Assembly (NCBI GenBank): GCA_965285935.1
Contig: OZ260662.1
Span: 80,600,001 to 80,664,000, forward strand
DNA from: Ophelia neglecta
Lineage: Eukaryota
Direction: 5' to 3'
Length of the DNA stretch: 64,000 bases
Part shown: positions 36,158-48,700 of the stretch, one piece after another
How positions within the stretch are numbered: the stretch's first letter is position 1
Layout of the letters: each line of letters opens with the position of its first letter
Program-made: the position numbers and the translations under genes
Notes under the pieces: model-generated
The model's database searches: none
Seen by the model: only the letters and a program-made list of their open reading frames with translations
Told to the model about the DNA's origin: nothing

Positions 36158-39100
36158 TTAACAAAATAAAAGTAAGCAATCCTCTCTTAATGCCATCACC
36201 ATGGCAACCATGCCTGACCACATCTCCTCAAAAGCAGGCTGAATTTCGGTTTGTGGTGCCACAAATCCATAATCAACGCTGCCATCGGATGTCTGGCCTC
36301 GGAGTTCTGGGGTAAAACCGTATTTTACACCACCAAATGCCACAGCATAATCCATCGTCAGACCAGAGGCTGGGTCTGTTAATTCAAAGACAATATACAT
36401 TGATAATTTTGCTGTGGTAGGTCTGGTAAGCCAAACGTCTTTTCAAGTTCAAAAATGGCTAATCAAATATACTTGGTGGACCTTTTCCAACACTTTCTAT
36501 ACCATTAAGCGAAAAAATCCGAGACTATACAGAATAAATATTGGATGTAGCTCACTATCAGATATTCAAATACCATTTGACAAAAACATACTTACAAATG
36601 ACAGCACAGGAATTACCGCGCTTCCAAGTTGTGTGATGAACTGTCTCCATGGCATTAGCCATCCGTGTTGCAATATAATACTAAAAATAGAAAGACGTAA
36701 GAATCCGGTTCAAACTTATTGCAATACGGACTGTTTCAAATCACTTGCTCTAAGACCTGTTGGCGAGGCTGTAATTACACGTCGTAGGAAAGAAAAAACT
36801 GCTTTAATTTATCGCAGTAGTGACATACTGAATCAGAGTTCGCTGGTTCTGGCAGGTATTCACAAACCCCAGGGGCTGTTTCGCTACCCCAGGGGTGTAA
36901 TATGTAATTCCCATACGTATGGATAGATACCCAGGCCTTCAAGGTGGGGCCCAGACGTCGAGCCTCGGCCTGGACCGCTTGGGTCTCCAGCTCACTAGCA
37001 GGCTCGTGTCCCTTGTAAACTATTGAACAGGGGTCATCAGTGGTACCCGAAACTGAAAACAAGTTCAAGGAATGTTACTAAAATTTCTGATATAGCTATT
37101 CAATGATAACTCATCCTCAAATTGAACGTGCCTAACATATTGATCAACCATGCCAGTTTAATCTCATAATTTATTAATTAATATATGCTCGTTCATTTTG
37201 GTTACTTGTTTTATTACCTTTGCTGTTTCGACTGTCTTAAGGGTCATTTAAGAAACTGGGAGGAGTGGACGCTGGAAAAATATATATATGTATACGCTTG
37301 TCTTTTAAACATATTTAACAATCTAGCCAAACCGACCTCCCCAACGAAATTCGTAGTTCCTGTTTAGATCAATACCAATGCAGTCTGTGTCGATGCCTGC
37401 CAGACGACTCGGGTAACGGTTTGTTCTCCATAGACGAGCCTTTCCATAAGTAAATACATTCGGAGTTAATTTGTTTTTGGGAAACGCCCATCGAAAGACA
37501 CATGTATGGTCGTGTTATATTCAAGAAGCTGTTTAAACTATTACATTATACACCATACTATGTCCAGTACTTCGACCAGTAACGGCATAATAGGTCAATG
37601 AACTAAAAATACCAACCCATATGAAAGATGATGTGATCAAAGCCGAGAATGATGCAAGAAACGCAGAAAACTTTTTCATCAGTAACTGTTAAAAAACACT
37701 GGTTACTTTGGTGATGACGACAACGATAACATTTTGATGTGATATTATGTGGAGAATAATGATAATGTTTACGTCGGTCCATGTGTGTGCATATCCATCC
37801 GGGTTATGTATAAACAGGAAGTACCAATCTGTGTCCTCTAGCATGACCTGGACCTCGGCGTTCGTACCATACTCACTGATCAGCTGGGTTAAACATTATA
37901 AACATTCAATCGTTAGTTTAACGTTAAAATTTTCTACGAATAAAACAGATTAGTGCCCGTTAAGTACAAAAATATAAGAAGTAGAACATTGTAATCATGT
38001 CGTCGTAATATGCATTGATTATAAATGTATGATCTTCGACAGACAAGTGCTGGCAAAAACCTTGTTGGCGATATTAAGATTGGTAGATGGCGAAAGCCAT
38101 TCTCTGGCATGAATGGCGGAGTCCACCCAGAATGCCTGTCTGTCGACACCATTCTTGTAAATCTGTGAGAGAATTGATATCAGTTACTAGGAATAATACA
38201 TTGTGTTTTGAAATACAATGGAACCCCTAAAGAGTGGACTTATAAGAGGGGTGGTTTCTCATCAGGCAGTGTAACCCCTGATGCAAGACCACCCAAAAAT
38301 GGCCAAAACCGCACTTTTTTGCTAAATGCTTTGTTATACATGTATGTACCTGTAATGTATTATAAAAATCGAATTTCAATGGTATATTCCCACAGTAATG
38401 ATATTATGGAAAATTTAACATTCGTTTTACCTTGAGAACTTTGAGATCCATTCCGTGGTGCGTCTGTCCAATGACATATGTTAAACAGAATACGCCCAAA
38501 TGAGTTGGGCATCTCGCCGCCATGTTCTCTGTCTCCGCCATTATCTAGCGTTGTATAAAACAAGCACCTTAATTTCATTAAACAAATGTTTAACTAATGG
38601 ATTTAAGTAACACGAAAAGTGTGCAGATCGAACTTTGTTTATGCAGTATATGTACCAAGAGGACACTTGATGATACTTACATCGTTATATGTGTTGAAAT
38701 CATTGAAGTCGAATCCAGACTTAGTGAGCTTCTTTCTTTGTAAACGCTCCCTCTCTTGATTTACCAGACTAACAACAGAAGGCGTGTTAATGCATACATC
38801 TTTGGTTTCTAAATACTAAATGCAAATATAATAAGCTAGCCACATTATCCTTGACTCCATGGATATAATCTGAACTGTAATATCAATCAAAATATAAGAT
38901 AAAGCCCCCTTGTCATACAACCAGTGAATAATTACATTCAAACTATTATTACCAGAGACGTATATACCGAGAGATTCGAATCGGGCCCTCCTTATACTCA
39001 GCGTAAATGTTTATAGGTTATTCGCGCTCGAGCTCACGTTGTAAGCGGGATTTTGTGAGATTTTGAGAGTTTTGTGAATCGAGAGAGCCGCCATTGTGTT

Positions 39101-40684
39101 CACATCGAGGAAATCGAGCGAACATTGGTCACCAAACACAAACAGAGATAAATTGGCGTAGTCAGAAGGTAAATATAACGTTATTCTGCATACTTTAGTA
39201 CAAATAATCGGTACGTAGTATTATTGCTTGAGTGGCATGCGTAACTTTCCCACAGATATCTTCAGCGATAGCCGCGCAGATCCAGGCCGTAAGCGGCCAT
39301 ATTGAAAAATTATATGTGCATTTCGCCTTGTACTTCTGCCGCTAAATATTCAATCAAATGTCAATTTTGTTTTATGAATGTGTGTTTTATGACTATTTCT
39401 ATGAACACCAAGTATTGTGGTATACTTCACAAATAGACCAAAATGCTCCTCATAGTGTACCATTTTGACCCTTAACGTATCGGTATCGGACTGACATTAA
39501 CACTTTCCATTTGCTTTCCAGATTGCTGATAGTTAACATTTGTCATGATTAAACCGCTTTATATCGTGGCTTGCTGGCTATAATCAACACGACTCCGGTC
39601 AAAATTGCGTTTCGGTGTATTATAGATGAGTAATTTTCCATTCGCAATCGTTCTCCGCGCAGAAAATACAAAAAATAAGTTTCTGCGGCCTCGTCCGGAC
39701 ACGTCTGCGCATGTGCGGCCTGATTCACAGCTCATTAGCATTAGAGTGGCGCATTAACTCTTTGCGACCGAGGGCCCGATTCGAATCTTTCGGTGTATAC
39801 ATCTCTGTTATTACTAAGTACTAAGTACTAAGTACTATTACAAATGTAACATATGTGTAGAACCTCCCGGTACAAAGCAAGAACAGACTCTTGTAGGACA
39901 TAGTATACTAACAAGAAAACACGATTATACCCCGGGAAGTCAACACTCAGGATAAATTGCTATTAGTTGTTATACATTTGATGAAATATTTAGTGAGTTG
40001 TGAAACAACAATAGTGTTTATATTATTTGCCCATATATATATTCAGTATTCAATATCCAATAAACAAGAAAAGCGATGCGTATAAACCTATAGCATAATG
40101 ATCAATATTTACTTTTCTACATTTGTGATAAGACGTTTAAATGAGAGTCCCCCTTTCAGTAGGTCTTTGAGCATGGATGGCAACCGAGTTGGACTTATCA
40201 TCACGTGTGCTGTATCACCAACTCGACGCGCCTCCAACCAGATATCTAACTACAAACAAATATAGAACAAAACAACTCTCTTAACTAAAACAACAAGTCT
40301 CAAGAGGTATGAACTTCAATATACCAGAATATCTGTTTCAGTGGATATAATTGATAAATGAAATGCCTGTTGTTTGCACTTGCCTCATTGTCGCCGGTCA
40401 CCAATACTTGGAGATAGTCGAGTTGCGCTTTACTTCCAGGCCTTATTTCCAACACCGTGTATCTAAGAGGCAAAAGAAAAAATCCCTGTTAATATATAAA
40501 GATATTTTAAAACATTATGAAATAAAGATCCTTTTATCGTTTTACATCCATCTGCATCCAAATATCCATGATACTGTGATTTGGACTAAACATATATTAT
40601 GATAACTCACCCCTCATAAGACTTGTTTCCTAAGACAGCATAGAAACAGGAAATTACAATCGAAATATGTAGAAGTATTTGCAT
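36158..40684 (-). CDS. CP4: M14A pre-pro-carboxypeptidase, ~444 aa (closest to CP1). Exons 40684-40611, 40462-40384, 40249-40113, 38768-38681, 38544-38431, 38162-38061, 37883-37773, 37439-37337, 37052-36829, 36680-36596, 36375-36158
   Basis: Signal peptide MQILLHISIVISC, IHARE, WRTNR, DLNRN, IHTY, YPASGLTMDY and PELRG, ending CLLLFC*. The exons give 1335 nt in frame; intron 2 has a GC donor. Confidence 0.92.
38953..39807. mobile_element. 855-bp non-autonomous DNA transposon (P- or hAT-like) in CP4 intron 3
   Basis: ~38-bp TIRs CAGAGACGTATATACCGAGAGATTCGAATCGGGCCCTC / GAGGGCCCGATTCGAATCTTTCGGTGTATACATCTCTG, with a 7-bp TSD TTATTAC. Confidence 0.85.
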
Positions 40685-43590
40685 TATCTTGTTTGCACTT
40701 GTAACGATGGAATAACAATGAAGAAGAAACTCAGTTATGCACAAAAACTGATTTGACACTTCTTGAAACCCGTGGGTACCTGTCAGCTGTGAACTTATTT
40801 AAATATATTACCACTGTATTCACTGATAAACTCGTTTACATATTTGTTAAGGGGAAACGTATCAAAAAAATCAAAAGACAACCTACATATTAAGTCATAT
40901 GTGATCAGAAACATATAATACTTTGATCAAAAGGATACATAAAGCGTATCCTTGTTCAGGAAAACACTGGTATTGTTTTTCTTTTCGTGCTTTCAAAGTG
41001 ACAACAGCAATTAAAGTGATATTCATTACATAATTCGTTAAATCATTAGACAGACATATAGTTAGACATGGCTGCATAAAATGTTTTTATAGCCGCTTTG
41101 GTAGAAAAATATAGCACTTATTGAGGGTTTTGCTGCTCATTTATCTAAATATTAAGAAATTATATTTATAATAATAATATGTATTATTATAATAAAAAAA
41201 CAGCAAATCGTGAATATTTAAAAAAAACTTTCCTTGTGAATTGGCATCGAATCCATCTAAATAAATCTCTTTCGCACATTACTTTTGCACCCATTAACGC
41301 CATAGAAAGGAGATAATTAGATTAATAAAAGATACAGAAAATAGTGAACTAATAGTTGCTAGGTACCAGCATATTTGTATACAACATATATTGTGCAAAC
41401 TAAGAGGCTATTCACTAATACTTAATAAAGGTGCACTAAAAAGGTAACGCTACAAGAAAAACTAATCATTTGTGAATAAGAACGAATATTGATTCCACAA
41501 AACAATGGTTCTCAATGTTCTTAAACATAAAACGTTCACATCAGTTTTTCTGCAGGGTAAAATAAATCCTTTACATATATTCATTGAGTTATTTGAATAT
41601 CAAACATTCGCACCAGACGCTTTTAATGTCTGGGTGTGTTTTATACATAAAGTTAGGATGTATGTTGCTTGAAACGAACTCACAACTATTGGTTAAGGTA
41701 TGCAAATAATATTCAATATATGTGGAAATGTGATGGCGACTCACGTCGTACTTCAAATGATTGCAACGCAAAATAATAAGTTCCCATAGCGTCATACTAG
41801 CAGAACCATCAGACCAGCTTGCCTGTCATTATCCACAATAACAGTCTTGACATCCATACCATTCGATTGCAGAAAGGAACGCACTTCGTCTCTTTGAACC
41901 GGAGATTTCATTATATGTGCTTCATTTCCGATTCTTCGGGCGTCAAGCCGGAAATCTATCTGAACGATGAATGCTACCTTCCATTACACCCATTACGACA
42001 ATATCAGTTCCTCCATTTATATATAATTACTGCACATGCATATTCAAAACTAGTGCAATTGAATTAGTCAAGTTTGTTACATTTTAATAAACCAAGTATC
42101 CATCTGGTCACTGTCTTGATAAAGGTGGCAAATATGGTCTATTTTTTCTCTTGTGGCTGGCACGACGCTAAGAAGATTACAACTGTAAATAATTGCCAAT
42201 TTCATAATTCATAGATTGTATTATTGAATCAATGACTTTGTGTCAAGTCCCTCTTTTTGAAATCATCAAAAACCTGGTGGCCTAGAGCGCCGAGTAAAAA
42301 AATGTTACAGCGTTGATTAATCATGTTTTAATAATATAGCTCACCTGGCATGTAACTATTTTAGCTCAAATACATGAACTTTGGAAAGTTGATAAAAGGC
42401 AACGGCTGGCGTTACAACGAGATAAATGAAACATTGTGTTGCATTTTTCAATATATGCATCGTAATTAAGGATTTTCTCCGTGCTATAATAAAAATAATA
42501 ATTCATATTTCGTGACTAAATATAATAAAAGAGACCATACACAACATTGCTTTGAACATCATTCAGAGGATTATTGAATCATCTCGGAGCCCCCCCCCCC
42601 TTTTAAAAATGTGGGAAACCTTTGTTTTATAATATCTGTCGGAGCCATGTTCTATCAATGTTACAACATGGTGGCCCTGAATTTGGTGTAGAATAATGAA
42701 CTGACATAACGGAATTTGAACTAGTCTTCATGTAAATAGAAATAAGGACATTTATAGTAAAATAATCATCAGGTCTTGCATGCTTTGTCTAGTATTTCAG
42801 ATGTATTATTTTAATGGCAGATCTCAGTTAGACTGGCAACTTTCCTTGCTCCGGAAAACTTAAACTTGAAAGTATAAAAGCAAGTCTCACAAAACAACTA
42901 AAAAACAAAGAATGTGTTTATAAGCATATTCAAGTCATATTTCTCCATTTCTCAAATACTTTTATTCATCACTACTTATGTTTTCTATTATATTTTGGGG
43001 CCTTAATTCGAAATGCCACTACTGTCTGGTTTACTGTTAAAATGTATTATGGTTACCTTCCGTATGCTATCCCCACCATTGTCATACATATTAGAATCTA
43101 TCAATTATTTTCCGATGTATGGAAGCTTTTGACATTAATTTTTACACGTAAACTTGGTTTTATAACAATTAACATTAAAAAGAATAAGACTTTTCGCGTA
43201 TTTTCAGTTTAATAAACCGGTCTCGTGTCCTTAAATAGTATCAATACCTTGTGACCGCATTTAAATCATATATATATATATATATGAATTGTCATTGTCT
43301 TGCTATATATTTATGCATTATAATGTGTTGTACATTATTAAATATTATAAGTTGATTAGTTTAATCAAAGTAGGAATTAGGTTTGAAATATTTTGAAGGA
43401 AACAAACAGTTAAGAAGTAACTAATCCTTTTTATTATTTTATTGTTTAGTCATAACCTGCGGTATTTCTTTATTTGTCAACATGACTTCTCTAAACGTTG
43501 TTTATTTGTTCAATATATAATTTGCATAAGTTTACCAGTCGGGCAGCGTTCTTTCTTTATTAGTGACACAAATCGTAAGTGTTTATTCCG

Positions 43591-46500
43591 CTAAATGAAC
43601 ATCCAACCTACAAGCAGGCTCACTAGGGGAAACACACAGCAAAAGTAATGTGTATTCAATGAATCCCCGCCGCTGGCACAGGGTGGATCTAAAAGTTATC
43701 AACTTAATAAAGTTAAGGCATAAATCAACATGCAGTAATCAATGAGTCTGCTAGTATAGATCATAATTTGTACTCATGGGCTGTTATTCCCAATATAAGA
43801 AATATTTGGAAAACGAAAAGTACGCCTACATTTACATTTTGTTGTTGATGTTGTTCAATTCAGAAAAAAAATGTACCTATATTTACTATGATTATGCCCT
43901 GATTAGTAATCACTATTGTAAACACACTCACCAGTCGGCTTTTCCGTAACAACCGGGATATTTCCCCCGTTAATGGCGTCGACCATGGTTACAAAGCCAG
44001 TCCACATTTCCAAAAAAGAGAGATTGATTTCCGATGCAGGGGGTACAAAGCCGTACCAGGTATTATTGGCATCCTCATTTCTTAGCTCCGGAGTAAAGGA
44101 ATATTTTATCATACCGACACCCCTGGCATAGTCTTGAGTTATTCCTGAAGCAGGGTCTAAAAGAACAGACAGACATGATGGATAAACATAGATTCCAATC
44201 CAAGTTTGCGAGTAGTTCGGCATTAAAGTATGAAGACATGCGCTTACATATTGTGTCACAAGAATTCCCGCCACTCCAAGAACTATGATTGAAATATTCT
44301 TGGATGTTTTTAGCCATAAGTTTAGCAACACCGTCCTAAAAGTATATCAAATCTCGCCATTCAATATTCATTATTTTCAATAGTTGAATAAAATATATGT
44401 AACACAATTGATTAAGATATATATCGCAGGATAAACAATACACATTCAAACTTAATTCCGCAGGTGCTTACAACGTCGCTTTGCTCGGGTTCTTCAAGAA
44501 ATTTACAGATGAGATCGCTGGCATTGGCGCCGGGATTTATAACCATGCCCCAGGGGGACAAAATGAGACGAGCGGCCGTGTGGATTGTAGCAAATGCTTT
44601 CAGTGAGGGAGCTAAACGCCGGATTTCCTTTTGGACGTTCTGGACTTCTATCTGGTCGGCGGGTGATTGACCCTTGTAAATGTTTGAACAAGGACTGTCA
44701 CTGGTTCCAGCATCTACACAAAGGAAGGCAGGTGTGTTCAGTTTAAGTTTGCTACTTGTTCTAAACATTATTATACAGGCGTCCTTATTAATAAAACGTA
44801 TATCATATGAAAGTAATATTGCAAACTGAAAAAAGTGGTCATTTTGAAGACTAAAATAAACTCACTTCCCCAACCGTACTCATAATTCCTGTTTAAATCA
44901 ATTCCCATACAATCTGTACCAGGTATCGTTTCAGAGTTGTTGAAACGATTCTTTCTCCAGAGGCGATCCTATAATGACTAAACTAATTAGGTCTAATTTC
45001 TATTTTCAGTATAATATTGGTGGTTTTAGCAAATAGATATACATGTATCTGACTTAGTTTGAAGTCATATCAAATAACATTACATCCGTCCAGCTGAAGA
45101 TGTAGCCATCTGGGTTGTGTACGAAGAGAAAGTACCAGTCGCCGTCGTCCATCAGTCTCCGGGCCTCATCACAGCTGTCGTAGTTTGTTATGATCTGAAG
45201 AGATTCAAATCATGAATGATATTAGCAGCGTACAGGTACTGATAGAAAGTAGATTAATGAAAATGCATGTTATAGTAAAACCTGGCTTAAAGGACACCTG
45301 ACAATTAGGGACACACTGACTATTCAGGACATTGTTTTTAGTACAGTTGTAATACTTTACATGTAAAGTAACCTGTGAAATAAGGACAACTGAGAAAAGA
45401 GGACAGATCCTGATTTAATACCAAACCTGTTAGGCACAAACTTAGTACAAAATGACAAAAACTATGATGAACTCATCGAAGTGGTTGTGTATGCATTTAG
45501 ACCATATGCCCGCACGATGTATACTACCTCATTTATATAAATCCATATAGATAGTATGAAGTCACCGTAAACGGAGAACACTTGTATGATATTGTAAATA
45601 GTATTCTATTGTTAACCTATTACTATGTTGATTATTCTTACTTACCGTTATGCAAATGTATGCTTTCATTCATTTGAGGAAAATAAACAAACAAAAAATG
45701 TACATGTAAAGTAACCTGTGAAATAAGGACAACTGAGAAAAGAGGATAGATTTCTCAGTCCCTTGGCTGTCCCTAATTGTCAGGTTTCACTGTATCTTAA
45801 AAACCTTGTTTAGGTTAAAGGCCGTCGGAGGAAACTAAGGAATTTCTAGAAGGAGTCATTTGTGTGGTGGGAAGGGGTGGGGATGGAAAGGTGGAAGGTG
45901 CAGCAAACTGTATATTGACAACGAATTATACCAGATTCCAAAATTCTGTAGAATGGCATTTTATTTTAAAAGTTTTACTTTTTGATCCAAATTCAGAAAT
46001 CAAAAGGTTGATGACCGGCCAATAACCTGAAGCCTGACTGGCCGAACTTAATGATGACAGGGGTGTGACCGGACTAACTATTATGTGAATGCATGGCAGA
46101 ACATTCGATGACGTTTGCCCTACAATCCAGGTGACGCGCTACGAAAATTGCCAAAAGTCTGCGCGGTTACTAAGGTTGCCCGACTCGTCTAGTGTTCATA
46201 AGTACGGCCCATTCAAGTAAAGTTTTATACAGATTATCCAAAAACATCACTTAAACAAACAAAGTTCTCTGCATTATGTGACACTTGTTCTTAAGTTTCC
46301 GTAGCTACACTTAAAATTATGCATACATGCTGTGCGCCTCAGGTGTCCGCCATTACACAATTACAATTAATTCAGATATCAATCTTTAAAGTTGACCGTC
46401 TTGCTCGAACAACATCAAGTTACATCACCAAGAAGGTGCTCGCAATACTAATGGTTATTTGATTTTAGACCAATGTGTTTTCTACAAGCTTCTAGGAAAT

Positions 46501-48700
46501 TCATCAATAACGGTAATTGATTGAGAGTTTAATTAATAACTTTGAAATTTGAAAAAGAAAAACCGTCACATAAAGTTTCTGTCATAAGCTGTGTTTATTA
46601 ATCTAGTAAGCAGAAAGGACAGTGTCATCGGCACTTTGATTTATGAAAATAAAAATCCGTTCTACACAACTTTGGAATCTGGTATAAAAGCTATTTCTAA
46701 TGTAAGGCTATCAATGCCGAACCATTTCATGTTGATTCAAAGGATGGTGTGTTTGCCCTCGAAATGGTGAAATACGTTAATAACAATATATACAAAATAA
46801 TGGCTAAATAATACTATAAGGGGGGGATTGCCGTTCTTTTAAATAATAGAATACAGTTGAAAAAGGTTGCTGAAAGTTATATCTAGGTTGTAGGCTTTTA
46901 CATCGGCTGCCAACATTTCTGTTCAACATCTTTTCAGTGGGAAATAGTGTTTTAATAATATGACTTCCAGGGGAAGCAAATAAAAGACGATTGTGTTTCA
47001 TATACACGAGTTATTATTTAAAAACATACTTACGTGGTTGGCTATTTTCAGGTTAGTAGCAACTGCCAGCCATTCGCGAGCGTGAATTTGGGAGTCCATC
47101 CAGTATGCACGGCGGTTTGGTCGGTCAATATAAACCTGTCACAAAATAAGCCAATATATACGTTCAAAAACTTTTGGTCCAAACCACTCTCGATCCCCCC
47201 CCCCCCCCCCCCCCGGGCCTTAAATCAACGAAAGCACGTAACCTCATACTTTAACTACTATAAGTAAATGGCAACATGCACGACGTTTTAAAAGTTTAAG
47301 GAATGGAAAATGGTATATTTTTAGCAAGGGGAAAGCTTTCAGATTTTAAAGATGAAGGGAAGGATGTATAAAAAAAATGGGAATAAATGGGAACCGGATC
47401 CAGAATCTAGACGGCTCAGGTGATCTCTTATGAAAACAACACGACAACAACTTTTTCCTCGCACGGGTACCCTGTAACAACTGTATCATTTCCTTGATTT
47501 AATATTCTCTAATTCTCCTAAAATATCACACATATAATACTGCCTAAGGAGCGAAAAGTTTGAATTTAATTTTCACTAGCTACCCTCAGCATTTTCTGAT
47601 CTCGTCCCTCGTAGGATTGTCCGATAACGTACGTCTCACATTTAATACCCAGGTCACCTCGACATTTTGAAGCCAAGACGTCCATCTCGTCGATAATCTA
47701 GAATAAATAACTTAATTTGCTGCAATAACCATTACCTTGTGAAGTAAAATATTGGCACAGGATTGCACGAAACACCAGTAAGTATACTAGATATAGAAGC
47801 TATTGAAATTCTACCTCATCATATGTATGGAAGTCATCGTAATCAAATCCAGTTGAACTTCTCTTCCTCATCTCAAGAGATACCTTCCCCTTAGATAGTA
47901 AACTGTAATGCGATACAGTGTTTCTTATTCACCAATTTATGACATTTGCCATCGAGATTCGAACGTTACGGCTGATTAATTGTAATAAAGAAAGTCCCCA
48001 AATGAAATATATAAAAATTACTACTAGTATTCTATATTTCTTGTATTAATGTCGACTGGCAGTTGCGTGTCTAAAGATATATTCGGCCCTACCTTTCCAC
48101 ATCGTCGATTGTAATTTTGTGTTCCATACCGAGATCTTTCAGATCTTTAACCATGTTTTTGTATTTGTGAGGAGGCACCATGATAAGTGCCTCATCTTCT
48201 GCTCTGCGCGCATCGGTCCAAAAATCTAGCTTAATAAGAAAACGTAACGTTTCAAACTTTCGTTTATACGTAAAATGAATGAGTTAAATCCAATGACTAA
48301 GAAATATTCATCTATTTATTACATGACAACAGGCATCCATATTGGTCACAAACATGTAACGGACGAATTTCTACTTAAGATGGAAATAAACTTATAACAT
48401 TATCAATAAAAACTACAAAATATTGCATCTAACCTCGGCGTCATTGACTGAGATGGCATGAAGACGTTTTACTTGGTTCAGTGTTTTGGGGGTAACGCCA
48501 ATTACCACGTATCTGAAAATAAACGTTGGGCAGTTATTGGACATGCAACCAAAAATATCACTGTACGATTATTTTAGCGGAGTTCACCATTACATTGCTT
48601 CTCGTCCCTACCCTTTATACAGCCCAGGATCATATCCCAAGCACGGGCCCTGACACTGGGCAAAAACAAAGAACAGCACCAGCAACGACACGAGCTGCAT
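43591..48700 (-). CDS. CP5: M14A pre-pro-carboxypeptidase with an extra C-terminal exon (probable GPI signal), ~491 aa. Exons 48700-48612, 48512-48434, 48229-48093, 47902-47815, 47697-47584, 47135-47034, 45194-45084, 44968-44866, 44713-44472, 44335-44248, 44156-43932, 43688-43591
   Basis: Signal peptide MQLVSLLVLFFVFAQC, IHARE, WRKNR, DLNRN, IHTAAR, YPASGITQDY and PELRN. The donor G|GTGAGT at 43931 joins an in-phase hydrophobic terminal exon; 1476 nt in frame. Confidence 0.88.
45273..45792. mobile_element. Tigger-like MITE carrying a nested ~290-bp insertion
   Basis: TA|TAGTAAAACCTG...CAGGTTTCACTG|TA ends; an internal 51-bp direct repeat at 45358-45408 and 45701-45751. Confidence 0.75.
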
